From the NCBI GenBank assembly GCA_018669975.1, contig JABHSK010000001.1, positions 152,394 through 216,393 of the forward strand: DNA of 64,000 nucleotides. Direction: 5' to 3'. Shown one piece after another: positions 49,872 to 58,862 of the stretch (the first letter of the stretch is position 1; every line of letters begins with the position of its first letter). The position numbers and the translations under genes are program-made. The notes beneath the pieces are model-generated. The model was given only the letters and a program-made list of their open reading frames with translations. It searched no databases and was not told the origin of the DNA. Origin of the DNA: Candidatus Parcubacteria bacterium. GTDB taxonomy: Bacteria; Patescibacteriota; Patescibacteriia; UBA1558; GWA2-36-10.

Positions 49872-50711
49872 ATGCGCAAGTTGAGCATCACTCTATTCCT
49901 AATCACCGTCCTCGCTCTTCCCCTGACAGCTCTGGCTGCCCAACCCGACAGCCTGCAGGTCTACGCCTTTGGTGCCAACACCAACACCTTCGAACAGAAA
50001 GAGGCTGGTTACCACCAATTCGACTGGACCCGTGCTGGCTTCCGTGCCTACAAGAACGACTTCATGTTTCGTGTGGAGTACGACTACAGCTCAAGCTCCA
50101 TGAAATACTCCTACCTGGAGTACAGTCGGTCATATCACAACTGGAAGCTCGGCGGTCAGTGGGGCAAGTATCTCATCCCGGTGATGTACAATTACCCCGG
50201 ACCCTCCACACGCCCGATGCCTCGCTGGGGCTATGCTATCAAAGACGTACCGGTCTACGGTACTGGAATGTCGGCATATGCCAAACGCGACTGGTTCAAG
50301 CTCCAGGTTGGTCAATTTGACTTCGACGACTACGTCGTCAATGTCCAGGCTGGCCCGATTCGCGCCTGGTGGATCAAGGATCAAGCTCAGGGCATGTTCC
50401 TGAAACAATCCCTGCACCCCTGGCTAAATCTGTTTGCTGGCTGGACCAACTACGAAGATCACTCCAATCGTAAGTTCCCAGAACGTCGCAACGCGGCCTT
50501 CGTGCAAAATCACGTTCGCCTGAGTGATCGGGTACGAGTATTCATGCACCAAGACTTCGGTGACTTCAAAGGTGCCTTTATCGGCGGACTGAGCTACTCG
50601 CTCTTTACCAACGATGTGGAAAACACCATCGGCATCTTCTATGACACCGACAACTTGTGGCAGGCTCGCGTCACTTTCAGCTTCAGTCAAATATTCCGAC
50701 TGGAATCCTAA
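49872..50711 (+). CDS. Secreted beta-strand-rich protein, porin-like
   Basis: Signal peptide, alternating aromatic/polar beta strands, C-terminal QARVTFSF. Confidence 0.6.
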   Translation: MRKLSITLFLITVLALPLTALAAQPDSLQVYAFGANTNTFEQKEAGYHQFDWTRAGFRAYKNDFMFRVEYDYSSSSMKYSYLEYSRSYHNWKLGGQWGKYLIPVMYNYPGPSTRPMPRWGYAIKDVPVYGTGMSAYAKRDWFKLQVGQFDFDDYVVNVQAGPIRAWWIKDQAQGMFLKQSLHPWLNLFAGWTNYEDHSNRKFPERRNAAFVQNHVRLSDRVRVFMHQDFGDFKGAFIGGLSYSLFTNDVENTIGIFYDTDNLWQARVTFSFSQIFRLES

Positions 50712-50723
50712 GGAGGTCTTCCA

Positions 50724-51056
50724 ATGCCTAATATCATGATGATCGGATTCGATGGTAGTGAATACGAAGAAAAAAAGGCTATCATCGACGCCACCATGCA
50801 GAAACTCGGTTTGGGTGATGATGCTGTCACTACCCACTTTGGTCGAAACAATGTCGACAGTCGAATTGGCTGCCTGGTCACCTCTTGTTGCGGTCAGCGT
50901 ATCAACAGCCCATACATCGTGGTCCGTTCCACTGGTGGAATGAAAGAGATCGACATGATCATAGCGGCCCTCAAGGCCAATAATATCGGTGTCGATTGCG
51001 AAAAACAATCCCTTCCTGAGAATGGCTTCATCGAAGCCAATGACATGAGGAGCTAA
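50724..51056 (+). CDS. Hypothetical protein (possible tautomerase-like fold)
   Basis: Pro directly after the initiator Met; TAAGGAGG SD. Confidence 0.6.
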   Translation: MPNIMMIGFDGSEYEEKKAIIDATMQKLGLGDDAVTTHFGRNNVDSRIGCLVTSCCGQRINSPYIVVRSTGGMKEIDMIIAALKANNIGVDCEKQSLPENGFIEANDMRS

Positions 51057-51192
51057 AGCTCTGTATGACGGCCGAACCCCCTGGGTTCGGCCGTTTTTTA
51101 TTACCTTAATATATTGACAAACACATACTTTTATGATAATTTGCCAAGTCTATTTGGATCCTTAAAAACTTTCAACCAAAGGAAGGTAAAAC

Positions 51193-52320
51193 GTGAAAAG
51201 AAAGCCTGCATTGAGAAACCTGCGCCAGTTCATCGAACTGATGGTGTCTTGTAATGTTAATGACCACCAATCTTGGAAAGCTTTTGCTGTAGAATATAAA
51301 CCTGAAATTGGCCGTTTATTTGGCTACTCACAAGACGAAGGCTTACCATCTATCACTTCTGTGGTTAAACCATTTTTCCATCCTGAATTACCGCTAATTG
51401 GCTTGAACTACACGCCAGTAGCTCATAACACTCTACACGCCTTTCCTCAGGGCTGGACTGATGAGCTTAGGCTCTGCCGAGGCATTATTTTTGACCGTAA
51501 TGGTCAGCTAGTGGCCCTGCCGTTTCCTAAGTTTTTCAACTATGGCGAGCACCCGGAAACTCAAGATATCCCTGACCTACCTTTTGAGGCTACTCTCAAA
51601 CAGGATGGACACCTAGGAATTATTTTCCGTTATCAGGATAAATTTATTCTGACTACTCGTGGCTCTTTTAAGAGTAATAGCTCTCTCTTGGGCAACCGTA
51701 TGTTATCTCGCTATGTACGAGAAAATAACTGGCAACGTCATTTTCCGACCAATCTAACTCTACTGGTGGAAATCATCCACCCAGATACTAAGGTTTACGT
51801 CGACTATGACGGCCAAAAGCAATTCACTATTATCGGCGCTAATAGCACGGCTACTATGGCTGACTATGGTTATAAGCGTTTGCTGAGCTACGGTAAAAAA
51901 TTGAATTTGGAAGTATCCCCTATCTGGACTGGTCGTTCTGTCAATGACCTGGTGGAATTGATGAAAGATCGTTCAGTGGAAAATACTGAGGGTTACGTAA
52001 TTCGTTTCCAAAACGGATTACGCGTCAAGGTAAAATTCCAAACTTACATAGGTTATATGGTAGCTGACAAACTCAGCTTCACCTATCTGATGAATCGGAT
52101 GATCAGTGGCAACCTGGAAAGGATGCTGTCTACTCTACCCGAGGAAATCTATCAGATAGCTCTGGAAATGTTGGGTCGTACCATGCTGCTCCTAAGTACG
52201 CCTGGTACAGCCAAAGAAAAATGGCGCCAGCTCTATACACTGGTACCATCTGAGCAATCAACATCCTATTTCCAATTAATCTGCCGCAAGTTCGTCAAAC
52301 ACATGACTAATACGGCCTAA
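51193..52320 (+). CDS. T4 Rnl1-like RNA ligase
   Basis: CRGIIF, PFPKFFN, motif I KQDG, TRGSF, EIIHP, motif IV EGYVI, motif V RVKVK. Confidence 0.88.
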   Translation: MKRKPALRNLRQFIELMVSCNVNDHQSWKAFAVEYKPEIGRLFGYSQDEGLPSITSVVKPFFHPELPLIGLNYTPVAHNTLHAFPQGWTDELRLCRGIIFDRNGQLVALPFPKFFNYGEHPETQDIPDLPFEATLKQDGHLGIIFRYQDKFILTTRGSFKSNSSLLGNRMLSRYVRENNWQRHFPTNLTLLVEIIHPDTKVYVDYDGQKQFTIIGANSTATMADYGYKRLLSYGKKLNLEVSPIWTGRSVNDLVELMKDRSVENTEGYVIRFQNGLRVKVKFQTYIGYMVADKLSFTYLMNRMISGNLERMLSTLPEEIYQIALEMLGRTMLLLSTPGTAKEKWRQLYTLVPSEQSTSYFQLICRKFVKHMTNTA

Positions 52321-52330
52321 GGAGGTAAAC

Positions 52331-52546
52331 ATGAGCGTTTCTTTAACCACAAACAGCCACGGAGAACTCCAAGGCTGTGGCTTTAATGGCGCGGATACTC
52401 GCACCGTACATATCGGTGAATATGAAATCCCGCTGGAGGAATTCTGCGGTCTGGCTGCTGCCATTCTTGGTGGCGGCATGGTCGGCTGGAGAGGCCAAAA
52501 GCCTGAGTGCGTTGAAAAGGCTGTCGAATTAATCAACAGCCGTTAA
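52331..52546 (+). CDS. Small hypothetical protein cotranscribed with the RNA ligase
   Basis: TAAGGAGG SD overlapping the ligase stop; terminator follows. Confidence 0.7.
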   Translation: MSVSLTTNSHGELQGCGFNGADTRTVHIGEYEIPLEEFCGLAAAILGGGMVGWRGQKPECVEKAVELINSR

Positions 52547-52589
52547 ACTTTCCTTTTATTGCCCCGAACATCAGTTCGGGGTTTTTATT

Positions 52590-54850
52590 TTACTTAAATG
52601 CCTCTAGCCAACCAAAGGTCTCTTCTACATTCCTCATAATGACCTGGAAGACTGATTCTTGTTGTTTAGGTGTTAAAATTGTATAAGTTCTTGATCTAGA
52701 TGAATTACCTTCAGTATCAGTACTCTCTACTTGGAATCTATAGATAGCACCTGGATTAAAGTTAGTAATAACTACTACATGATGCCTAGCATAGTTTTCA
52801 TCTCTTGGACTAGTTTTAGTAAGTTCTTCACCTGCATTACCTGCTCCTTCTTCATAATACACTCTAGAGGTAGATGGTTCATTGGTATACCAAGAGATAA
52901 TAGCTTGTACTTTAGTTTCTTTACCTAGAGAAAGAGCTGCGTCTGTCTTTACTTGTCTGATAATAGGTGGAAGATTGTCATCGCTGGTAGCGAAAGAAGG
53001 GATAGTTTGGGCGATTGTACTATCATTTTGGGTGTTTCCATACATCTCTACCTGATACAACACACCTGCCTCTAAACCATCAACTGTTAATTGATGAATA
53101 GTGGTAAGTATTTCGTTCTTTTCTGTGCGTTTATCTTCCACTGCTAAATTGCCGCCTTTATATGGTGTATAACTAACATTAGAATCAGTTGGTACGGTAG
53201 TCACCCATTTAAATACTACTTCTTCAGTAGAAATTATATCGGTAGTATAACTTTCTATCTCAGCCAATTCCGCTAAAGTAACAAAACTAAAATCTTTTGA
53301 TTTAGCTGAAGCACCGCTAGGGCTTTCACTCTCAATATTGTAATGATAGATTGCTTCTGGCTCTAAACCAATTAAATTAACCTCATGTGTATTAGTAAGA
53401 GCATCTAAGTCACCCAGTGTATGTTCGTAGTCTACATTGTTTTCATAATAATTAGCGCTTGCATAACTAACTATTGAATTTGACTCTTTGTCTGTAGTCC
53501 AACCAATGGAAGCCGCACTAGCCCCAACTGTCAGCGCAGGTTCTCCTGAAATAATTGGTGGTGGTACAAAACTAGCCAAATCTGAAACATGCTCTATCAC
53601 ACCACTTTTGAATGTTCCCAAAGACACCTCAGAAGACATCTTTTCAAAGAAACTAGTAGCTTGTTCAACCGTGTTTAAAAAACTATCATCAGTAGCAGTG
53701 CCTTCGCCTTCACCTTCACCGCCATCAAGTCCTCCATCTCCACTATCAGCTAAAAATGATCCTGTAGAAAATGTAGCTTCTTCGACTTCTCCGATATTAC
53801 CACCGGTATCAATAGCTAATACTTTATATTTATAAATAGTTTCTGGTAATAGTCCTGTGATATTCATTTCATGAAGTCTGGTAGCCTTTTCTAGTGCTTT
53901 AGAGCTAATAATAGAGTTTTCATCTGTATTATCTACACCAAATTGTATTACTGAGATAGCGTTCTCACTAGTTTCCCAAGTAATCTTGGCTAAATCTGAA
54001 TCTTCACTACTAACATTAACTTTAGTAATCTTAGGTGCAATCCAATCTCCTGAGCTACCACCACCTCCGCCGCTACAAGAAAAACCTTCCAAAGCTACGT
54101 CAGCAGCTGTACCTTCTCTGAGCACCACCTCTGCTTCAGTAGATAGTTGTTCTAGGGTAGTAAACTCTGTTCCTACTGTACTAGTAGCGCTGTTACCTGA
54201 CTGGTCGACTGAAGTAACTACATAGAAATATCTAGAGCTGTTAGCTAAAGGAGTAATCACTATGCTGTGGGAAATATTGTAATCAGACGTCACTCGTGTA
54301 GAGCTAGTATATACACCTTCGACACTACCAAAGTATACCTGTGAATTAGCTGCCTCGTCTGTAGTCCACTCTATTACCACATCGTCGTCAGTAATCACAT
54401 CAGTAGCCACAGAAGTAATAACTGGTGCTACAGAATCTGAGGTAGTATTGAAATAATAATAATCTCCACCATTATTATCTGTAGCAACTCCTGATTTAAC
54501 GTAAAAATAATATTTAGTCCCTAAAGTCAAATCGGCAATATCCACAGAGTGTTCTTTTACTGAATCAGTATCAGTAGGCGTCACTGTATATCCACTCATA
54601 TCTGAGTTAGTAGAATAATACACCGTAGAATCTGAATTTATGTCTGTATTCCAAGTAATAGTAACTGTAGTATTTTGTACTGCTGAAGCAGAGGTGTTGG
54701 ATATAGCTGGACCAGCTAGCGTGGCAAAAGAATAACCATCACCACCACTGTTGTCGGTAGCTACGGCATTACTAGGATCAGCTGATTTTGCCTGATAATA
54801 ATATGTAGTATTAGGAGTTAACCCAGTTAACACAACTGAACGAGTAGAGG
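52590..54850 (-). CDS. Fibronectin type III repeat surface protein, 5'-truncated
   Basis: Repeated I.W.T...S.V.Y...H.V...L.P...Y.Y.V motifs; no signal peptide; the track's N-terminus comes from a foreign fragment. Confidence 0.75.
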
Positions 54851-55025
54851 TGGTCATGGTGGTTACACTATCTTCATGTGCGTCGAGCCCTACGCTCGTC
54901 ACGTCCAAGAAATACCCTTTGACCTCGAGGCTATCGAGGCTATCCCGATCAAGATGAACTGGAGACAAGATATCGATGACCACAACGCTGGTAAAATCAA
55001 AACTTTATGCCGGCACGATGGATAA
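54840..55025 (+). pseudogene. 3' fragment of an accessory gene
   Basis: Open frame ...GGHGGYTIFMCVEPYARHVQEIPFDLEAIEAIPIKMNWRQDIDDHNAGKIKTLCRHDG* followed by its own hairpin terminator at ~55035-55062. Confidence 0.55.
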
Positions 55026-55163
55026 AAAATTATTGGGCCGTTGTCAAACAACGGCTCTTTTTATTTATATTGACAAAATACATAAAACATAGTATATTCA
55101 TTAGATTTTCCGTACACTTCATATTATTTACTTCATCCAAACTCAAACCTAGGAGCGTAAATC

Positions 55164-55688
55164 ATGCGCAGAAAAACACCTCTTATACTCATTATTGTGG
55201 CTGTAATCGGCGTATTGGGCCTGATTGGCTACTACAACCTGCACACTGGTCGAACCGCATCCCGCCTCGGTGGCAAGGAACACCGTCAAATTCTGTCCGT
55301 GGAAAACATGGAAACCTTTATCAGTATCAGCTTTTCCAAAAAGGATGACTCCACCGTCAAGGACATCACTTTCCTGGCTGCTGATGGCTATCACTACACC
55401 AAAGAATTCAAGGATGTCAGTCCTCTCGAGGGCGTAATCCGCTGGATTCCTCATGGAGAGGAAAGTTCTGCTGTCCGCACTCGGGCTATTTCCCGCTGGA
55501 CCGGCAAAGCAGTCCACATGGAACTTCCCGATGATTTTAATCGGATGCTCGGTGTCGATGTCGACAGCGAAAACGGTTCCAAGAATGTGACTTATCGCAG
55601 CACTGATGGCAACATCTACTCCAAGGAATACCGCGACGGTTGGATTGACCGTAAATTCCAAGGCTGGATAGAAGTCAAAGGCAAATAA
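55164..55688 (+). CDS. Membrane-anchored hypothetical protein with internal duplication
   Basis: N-terminal TM helix; repeats KDITFLAADGYHYTKEFKD and KNVTYRSTDGNIYSKEYRD. Confidence 0.75.
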   Translation: MRRKTPLILIIVAVIGVLGLIGYYNLHTGRTASRLGGKEHRQILSVENMETFISISFSKKDDSTVKDITFLAADGYHYTKEFKDVSPLEGVIRWIPHGEESSAVRTRAISRWTGKAVHMELPDDFNRMLGVDVDSENGSKNVTYRSTDGNIYSKEYRDGWIDRKFQGWIEVKGK

Positions 55689-55804
55689 TATCCTTATACA
55701 GGGTGGCCCACGGGTCACCTTTTTTTATTGACATACTAAGCAATTTATTGTAATTTATACTAATTCACTTTGAACTTTTAAACCCTAAACTGGAGGTAAT
55801 ACAA

Positions 55805-56572
55805 ATGAAATGGCCACGTACCCTAACACTGATTCGACATGATGTATCACAATATAATCTTCTCAAAGAAACCAAATTGGCTGACCCACTTTATCAGCGC
55901 CTACTAAAAGCTTTTGAAGAAGATCCGAGTGGCCGACAAGCCAAACAATTGGCCGAAGAAATTGGCCATCGTTTTGCTGTCACCGTCAGTGACGCTCATA
56001 CTCCTTTGGCTGTAGAAGAGAGTCAACAGGCTGTAGCCACTGGCAAAGCCTTGGCCGGCAGGCAAGCCTTGCCTGACATTATCTTTGTCTCTCCCTATCT
56101 CAGGGCCAAGCAGACCCTACAGGCATTATGTGTAGGCTGGCCTGAACTAGCCACAATCAAAGTCGTTGAAGATGAACGTATTCGCGAACAAGAACATGGC
56201 TTATCGCTACTCTATGACCGTAAGGTCTTTTTCATCCTCTTCCCTGATCAACGCATCTTGCATAGCCGTGAAGGTTCTTACTATTATCGTTTTCCACAAG
56301 GTGAAAACATGCCTGATGTCCGGCTGCGTAATCGCTCTTGGTTAGGAGCTCTAGCCAGAGATTTTGGAGCCATGAATGTCATGTGTGTCACCCATCATCT
56401 CAATATTTTAGGCACCAGAGCCAATCTGGAGCGACTGTCTGCTGAAGAATTCCAACGCCTCGATGAAGACGAAAAACCCATTAATCTGGGTGTTACTACT
56501 TATTCTGGTGATCCCCAAGCTGGTCGAGACGGACACCTGATTCTCAGTGGTTACAACGAAGCCCTTTATTAA
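55805..56572 (+). CDS. Histidine phosphatase (phosphoglycerate mutase family)
   Basis: LIRHD, SPYLRAKQT, RIREQEHG, GEN, VTH motifs. Confidence 0.88.
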   Translation: MKWPRTLTLIRHDVSQYNLLKETKLADPLYQRLLKAFEEDPSGRQAKQLAEEIGHRFAVTVSDAHTPLAVEESQQAVATGKALAGRQALPDIIFVSPYLRAKQTLQALCVGWPELATIKVVEDERIREQEHGLSLLYDRKVFFILFPDQRILHSREGSYYYRFPQGENMPDVRLRNRSWLGALARDFGAMNVMCVTHHLNILGTRANLERLSAEEFQRLDEDEKPINLGVTTYSGDPQAGRDGHLILSGYNEALY

Positions 56573-56576
56573 AAAT

Positions 56577-56612
56577 ACCCCGTCTGCGCATTCGCGCGGC
56601 GGGGCTTTTTCT
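56577..56612 (+). repeat. 36-bp terminator hairpin, copy 2
   Basis: ACCCCGTCTGCGCATTCGCGCGGCGGGGCTTTTTCT. Confidence 0.9.
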
Positions 56613-56621
56613 ATTCAAAAA

Positions 56622-58070
56622 TTATTTATTATAAGCTATTTCTGCAACCTGCCAAATATTTTGATCATAATCAAAAACTAACACAACATACGATGGACCA
56701 TCCTTATCTATCTCTAGACCATTACGCTTGTCAGAATAAATATAACGAATATTATCCGGATCAATACCATGAAAAACATCCATCATCTCATATAGATAAT
56801 TTGATGGATCCCAAGGAAAACCATCTAAAATATAAATAATATCTACTTTATCAGCCAATCCTGCTGGCACCGAATTAGTGATGCCATAAGAAATTTCACT
56901 CATTGACTGATAAACATCTTTATCTAAGTGATGAATGCCAACTATATTGTAAATAATCAAAGCTGACAAAATAATACTTGTCCCAATCTTGCAAATTGTA
57001 GCAGCTTTGTTGGTAAAATATCCAGCCAGCATAAATATCATGCCCACGCTAACTACATAACCATAGCGTCGCGGTATCAAAGTAATCGCATCCAAAGATG
57101 CAACTAGAGTCGGCACTGGGAAACTCAGGTAGATCAAATAAACTAAAGTCCATAATAAACCAAATAACCATAAGCTGCGTGATTTTTTATTTGGTGCTCG
57201 AAACCACAAGCTCAGTAATAATATTGCTGCTAAAATATGAACCCAAACAAAACCACTTGGCTGATAAAAAAATACACTCACAGCTGATAATAAAACCGTC
57301 TTAAGTTGAATCAGAATATCAGGATTAAAGACATAACCCAGTGTGTTGTCTCCTCCACTCAATACAGTATATATAAAAATACCAAAAATAAAATAAATTA
57401 TAACCAAAGGCCAAAAAACTTTTAAAACTCTTTTTTTACCTCGCTTATCAGTAATTTTTAATTTAAAAAGTAAAAATAACCAAGCCAATTGTAAAAGTGG
57501 TAGGATATAAGCAATCTCTTTGGTAATCAATGCCAACAAAGTAGTCAATACATAGACTATCAACAACCAAAAAGAATTCTTTTGACTATAATAATAGATA
57601 GCCAACATACTCAGTAGTATCCACATAGTCACCAAAGCATGGACAGCAGAATTTATTAAAAACAAAACTTCCGCACCAAAATACTGAAAGGCAAACAAAA
57701 GCATCAGTAAAAATGCATAACGCCACTTGATAAACTTACTCAATAAAACAAATATCAACCAGGAGTTAATACTGTGCAAAACTATATTAGACAAATAGTG
57801 TAGTTGTGGATTCAAAGCAAATAATTTATAAGTCAACCAAAAATAAACGTTTATCAAGGGGTCATAAAAATGTCCCGGATTAACCGCTAATAAATCAGCC
57901 CGATTGTCTACATGGCTACCGAAAAATAGCCAGTCAAAATCATCAATTATAAAGTAATTGTTATATAACAATGGTGCGTATATAATTAACAAAAGTAAGG
58001 CTAAAACAGCCAAAAATACATACAAATACACACGTGAGGTTGGTAATTTATCTTTTTGTATAAAAATCAT
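56622..58070 (-). CDS. Polytopic membrane protein, GT-C glycosyltransferase-like
   Basis: DD motif after TM1, many TM helices, TKE and RY motifs. Confidence 0.7.
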   Translation of the reverse strand: MIFIQKDKLPTSRVYLYVFLAVLALLLLIIYAPLLYNNYFIIDDFDWLFFGSHVDNRADLLAVNPGHFYDPLINVYFWLTYKLFALNPQLHYLSNIVLHSINSWLIFVLLSKFIKWRYAFLLMLLFAFQYFGAEVLFLINSAVHALVTMWILLSMLAIYYYSQKNSFWLLIVYVLTTLLALITKEIAYILPLLQLAWLFLLFKLKITDKRGKKRVLKVFWPLVIIYFIFGIFIYTVLSGGDNTLGYVFNPDILIQLKTVLLSAVSVFFYQPSGFVWVHILAAILLLSLWFRAPNKKSRSLWLFGLLWTLVYLIYLSFPVPTLVASLDAITLIPRRYGYVVSVGMIFMLAGYFTNKAATICKIGTSIILSALIIYNIVGIHHLDKDVYQSMSEISYGITNSVPAGLADKVDIIYILDGFPWDPSNYLYEMMDVFHGIDPDNIRYIYSDKRNGLEIDKDGPSYVVLVFDYDQNIWQVAEIAYNK

Positions 58071-58171
58071 TCTTTTATTTTATCACAAAATAGATTAATA
58101 GTATAAATACAACAAACCCTTGACTTATCTAGTATTTTTGTCTATAATTTATTCCGTTATTTATATAACCC

Positions 58172-58247
58172 GCCACCCTAGCTCAGTTGGTAGAGCAACG
58201 GTTTTGTAAACCGTCGGTCGTCGGTTCGAGTCCGTCGGGTGGCTCCA
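58172..58247 (+). tRNA. tRNA-Thr(TGT)
   Basis: Anticodon arm ACGGT-TTTGTAA-ACCGT; CCA. Confidence 0.95.
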
Positions 58248-58274
58248 CCACTTTTAACAAGTAACTTAGTATAT

Positions 58275-58430
58275 ATGTCACAAGACAGATTAGCCAAATT
58301 AGAGTGTACTGAGTGTCATAACATCAATTATCATACCAGCCGCAACAAAAAAGCTGTCAAAGAAAGACTGGAAATGAAAAAACACTGCAAAAAGTGTAAG
58401 ACACATACTTTACATAAAGAAACAAAATAA
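58275..58430 (+). CDS. rpmG: 50S ribosomal protein L33 (Zn-binding form)
   Basis: LECTEC...[19 protein letters not shown]; lies between tRNA-Thr and tRNA-Trp. Confidence 0.95.
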   Translation: MSQDRLAKLECTECHNINYHTSRNKKAVKERLEMKKHCKKCKTHTLHKETK

Positions 58431-58464
58431 TCCCGCCCACTCCCTGGGATGGGATTATTCGTGG

Positions 58465-58538
58465 GGGGGCGTAGTATAGTGGTAGTACAGGGGTCTCCAA
58501 AACCTCTAGCGTGGGTTCGATTCCTACCGCCCCTGCCA
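58465..58538 (+). tRNA. tRNA-Trp(CCA)
   Basis: Anticodon loop CTCCAAA; GGTTCGATTCC; CCA. Confidence 0.93.
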
Positions 58539-58646
58539 GTTTAAAACACCTTATTTTATTTGGTGTTTTTGTTATTTTATCATTGACAAGTATAGGTTTT
58601 TCTGGTATGATTAATTAGCTTCTTAAGTAGTTTAATATAAAAATAT

Positions 58647-58805
58647 ATTAAAAAAGATCAACTAAAAAAATTTGCAGCTGGGCAATCTAGATATTGTCAA
58701 AATTGCGGAGTAGAATCCAGCGAATTATTTGAAGTTACTAAAAATATTCACAAAAAAGATCAACTGCTATATTGTATTAATTGTAAAAATACGCATATAA
58801 AATAA
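58647..58805 (+). CDS. Candidate Zn-binding microprotein with a non-canonical (ATT) start
   Basis: Open frame IKKDQLKKFAAGQSRYCQNCGVESSELFEVTKNIHKKDQLLYCINCKNTHIK*, between a TTGACA...TATGAT promoter and a terminator. Confidence 0.4.
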   Translation: MKKDQLKKFAAGQSRYCQNCGVESSELFEVTKNIHKKDQLLYCINCKNTHIK

Positions 58806-58862
58806 TCTAACTACGCTGCCTATCAAAAAAAGCCTCACCGTTTGGTGAGACTTTTTTGTTAT

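Noticed and set aside
46872-56572. Prophage interpretation of the run of hypothetical genes
   Set aside because: There are no structural, terminase or integrase genes. The cassettes are individually promoted and terminated, and are interleaved with core genes such as rplU.
58239-58274. Longer start for rpmG
   Set aside because: It overlaps the tRNA-Thr 3' end; ATG 58275 gives the canonical length.
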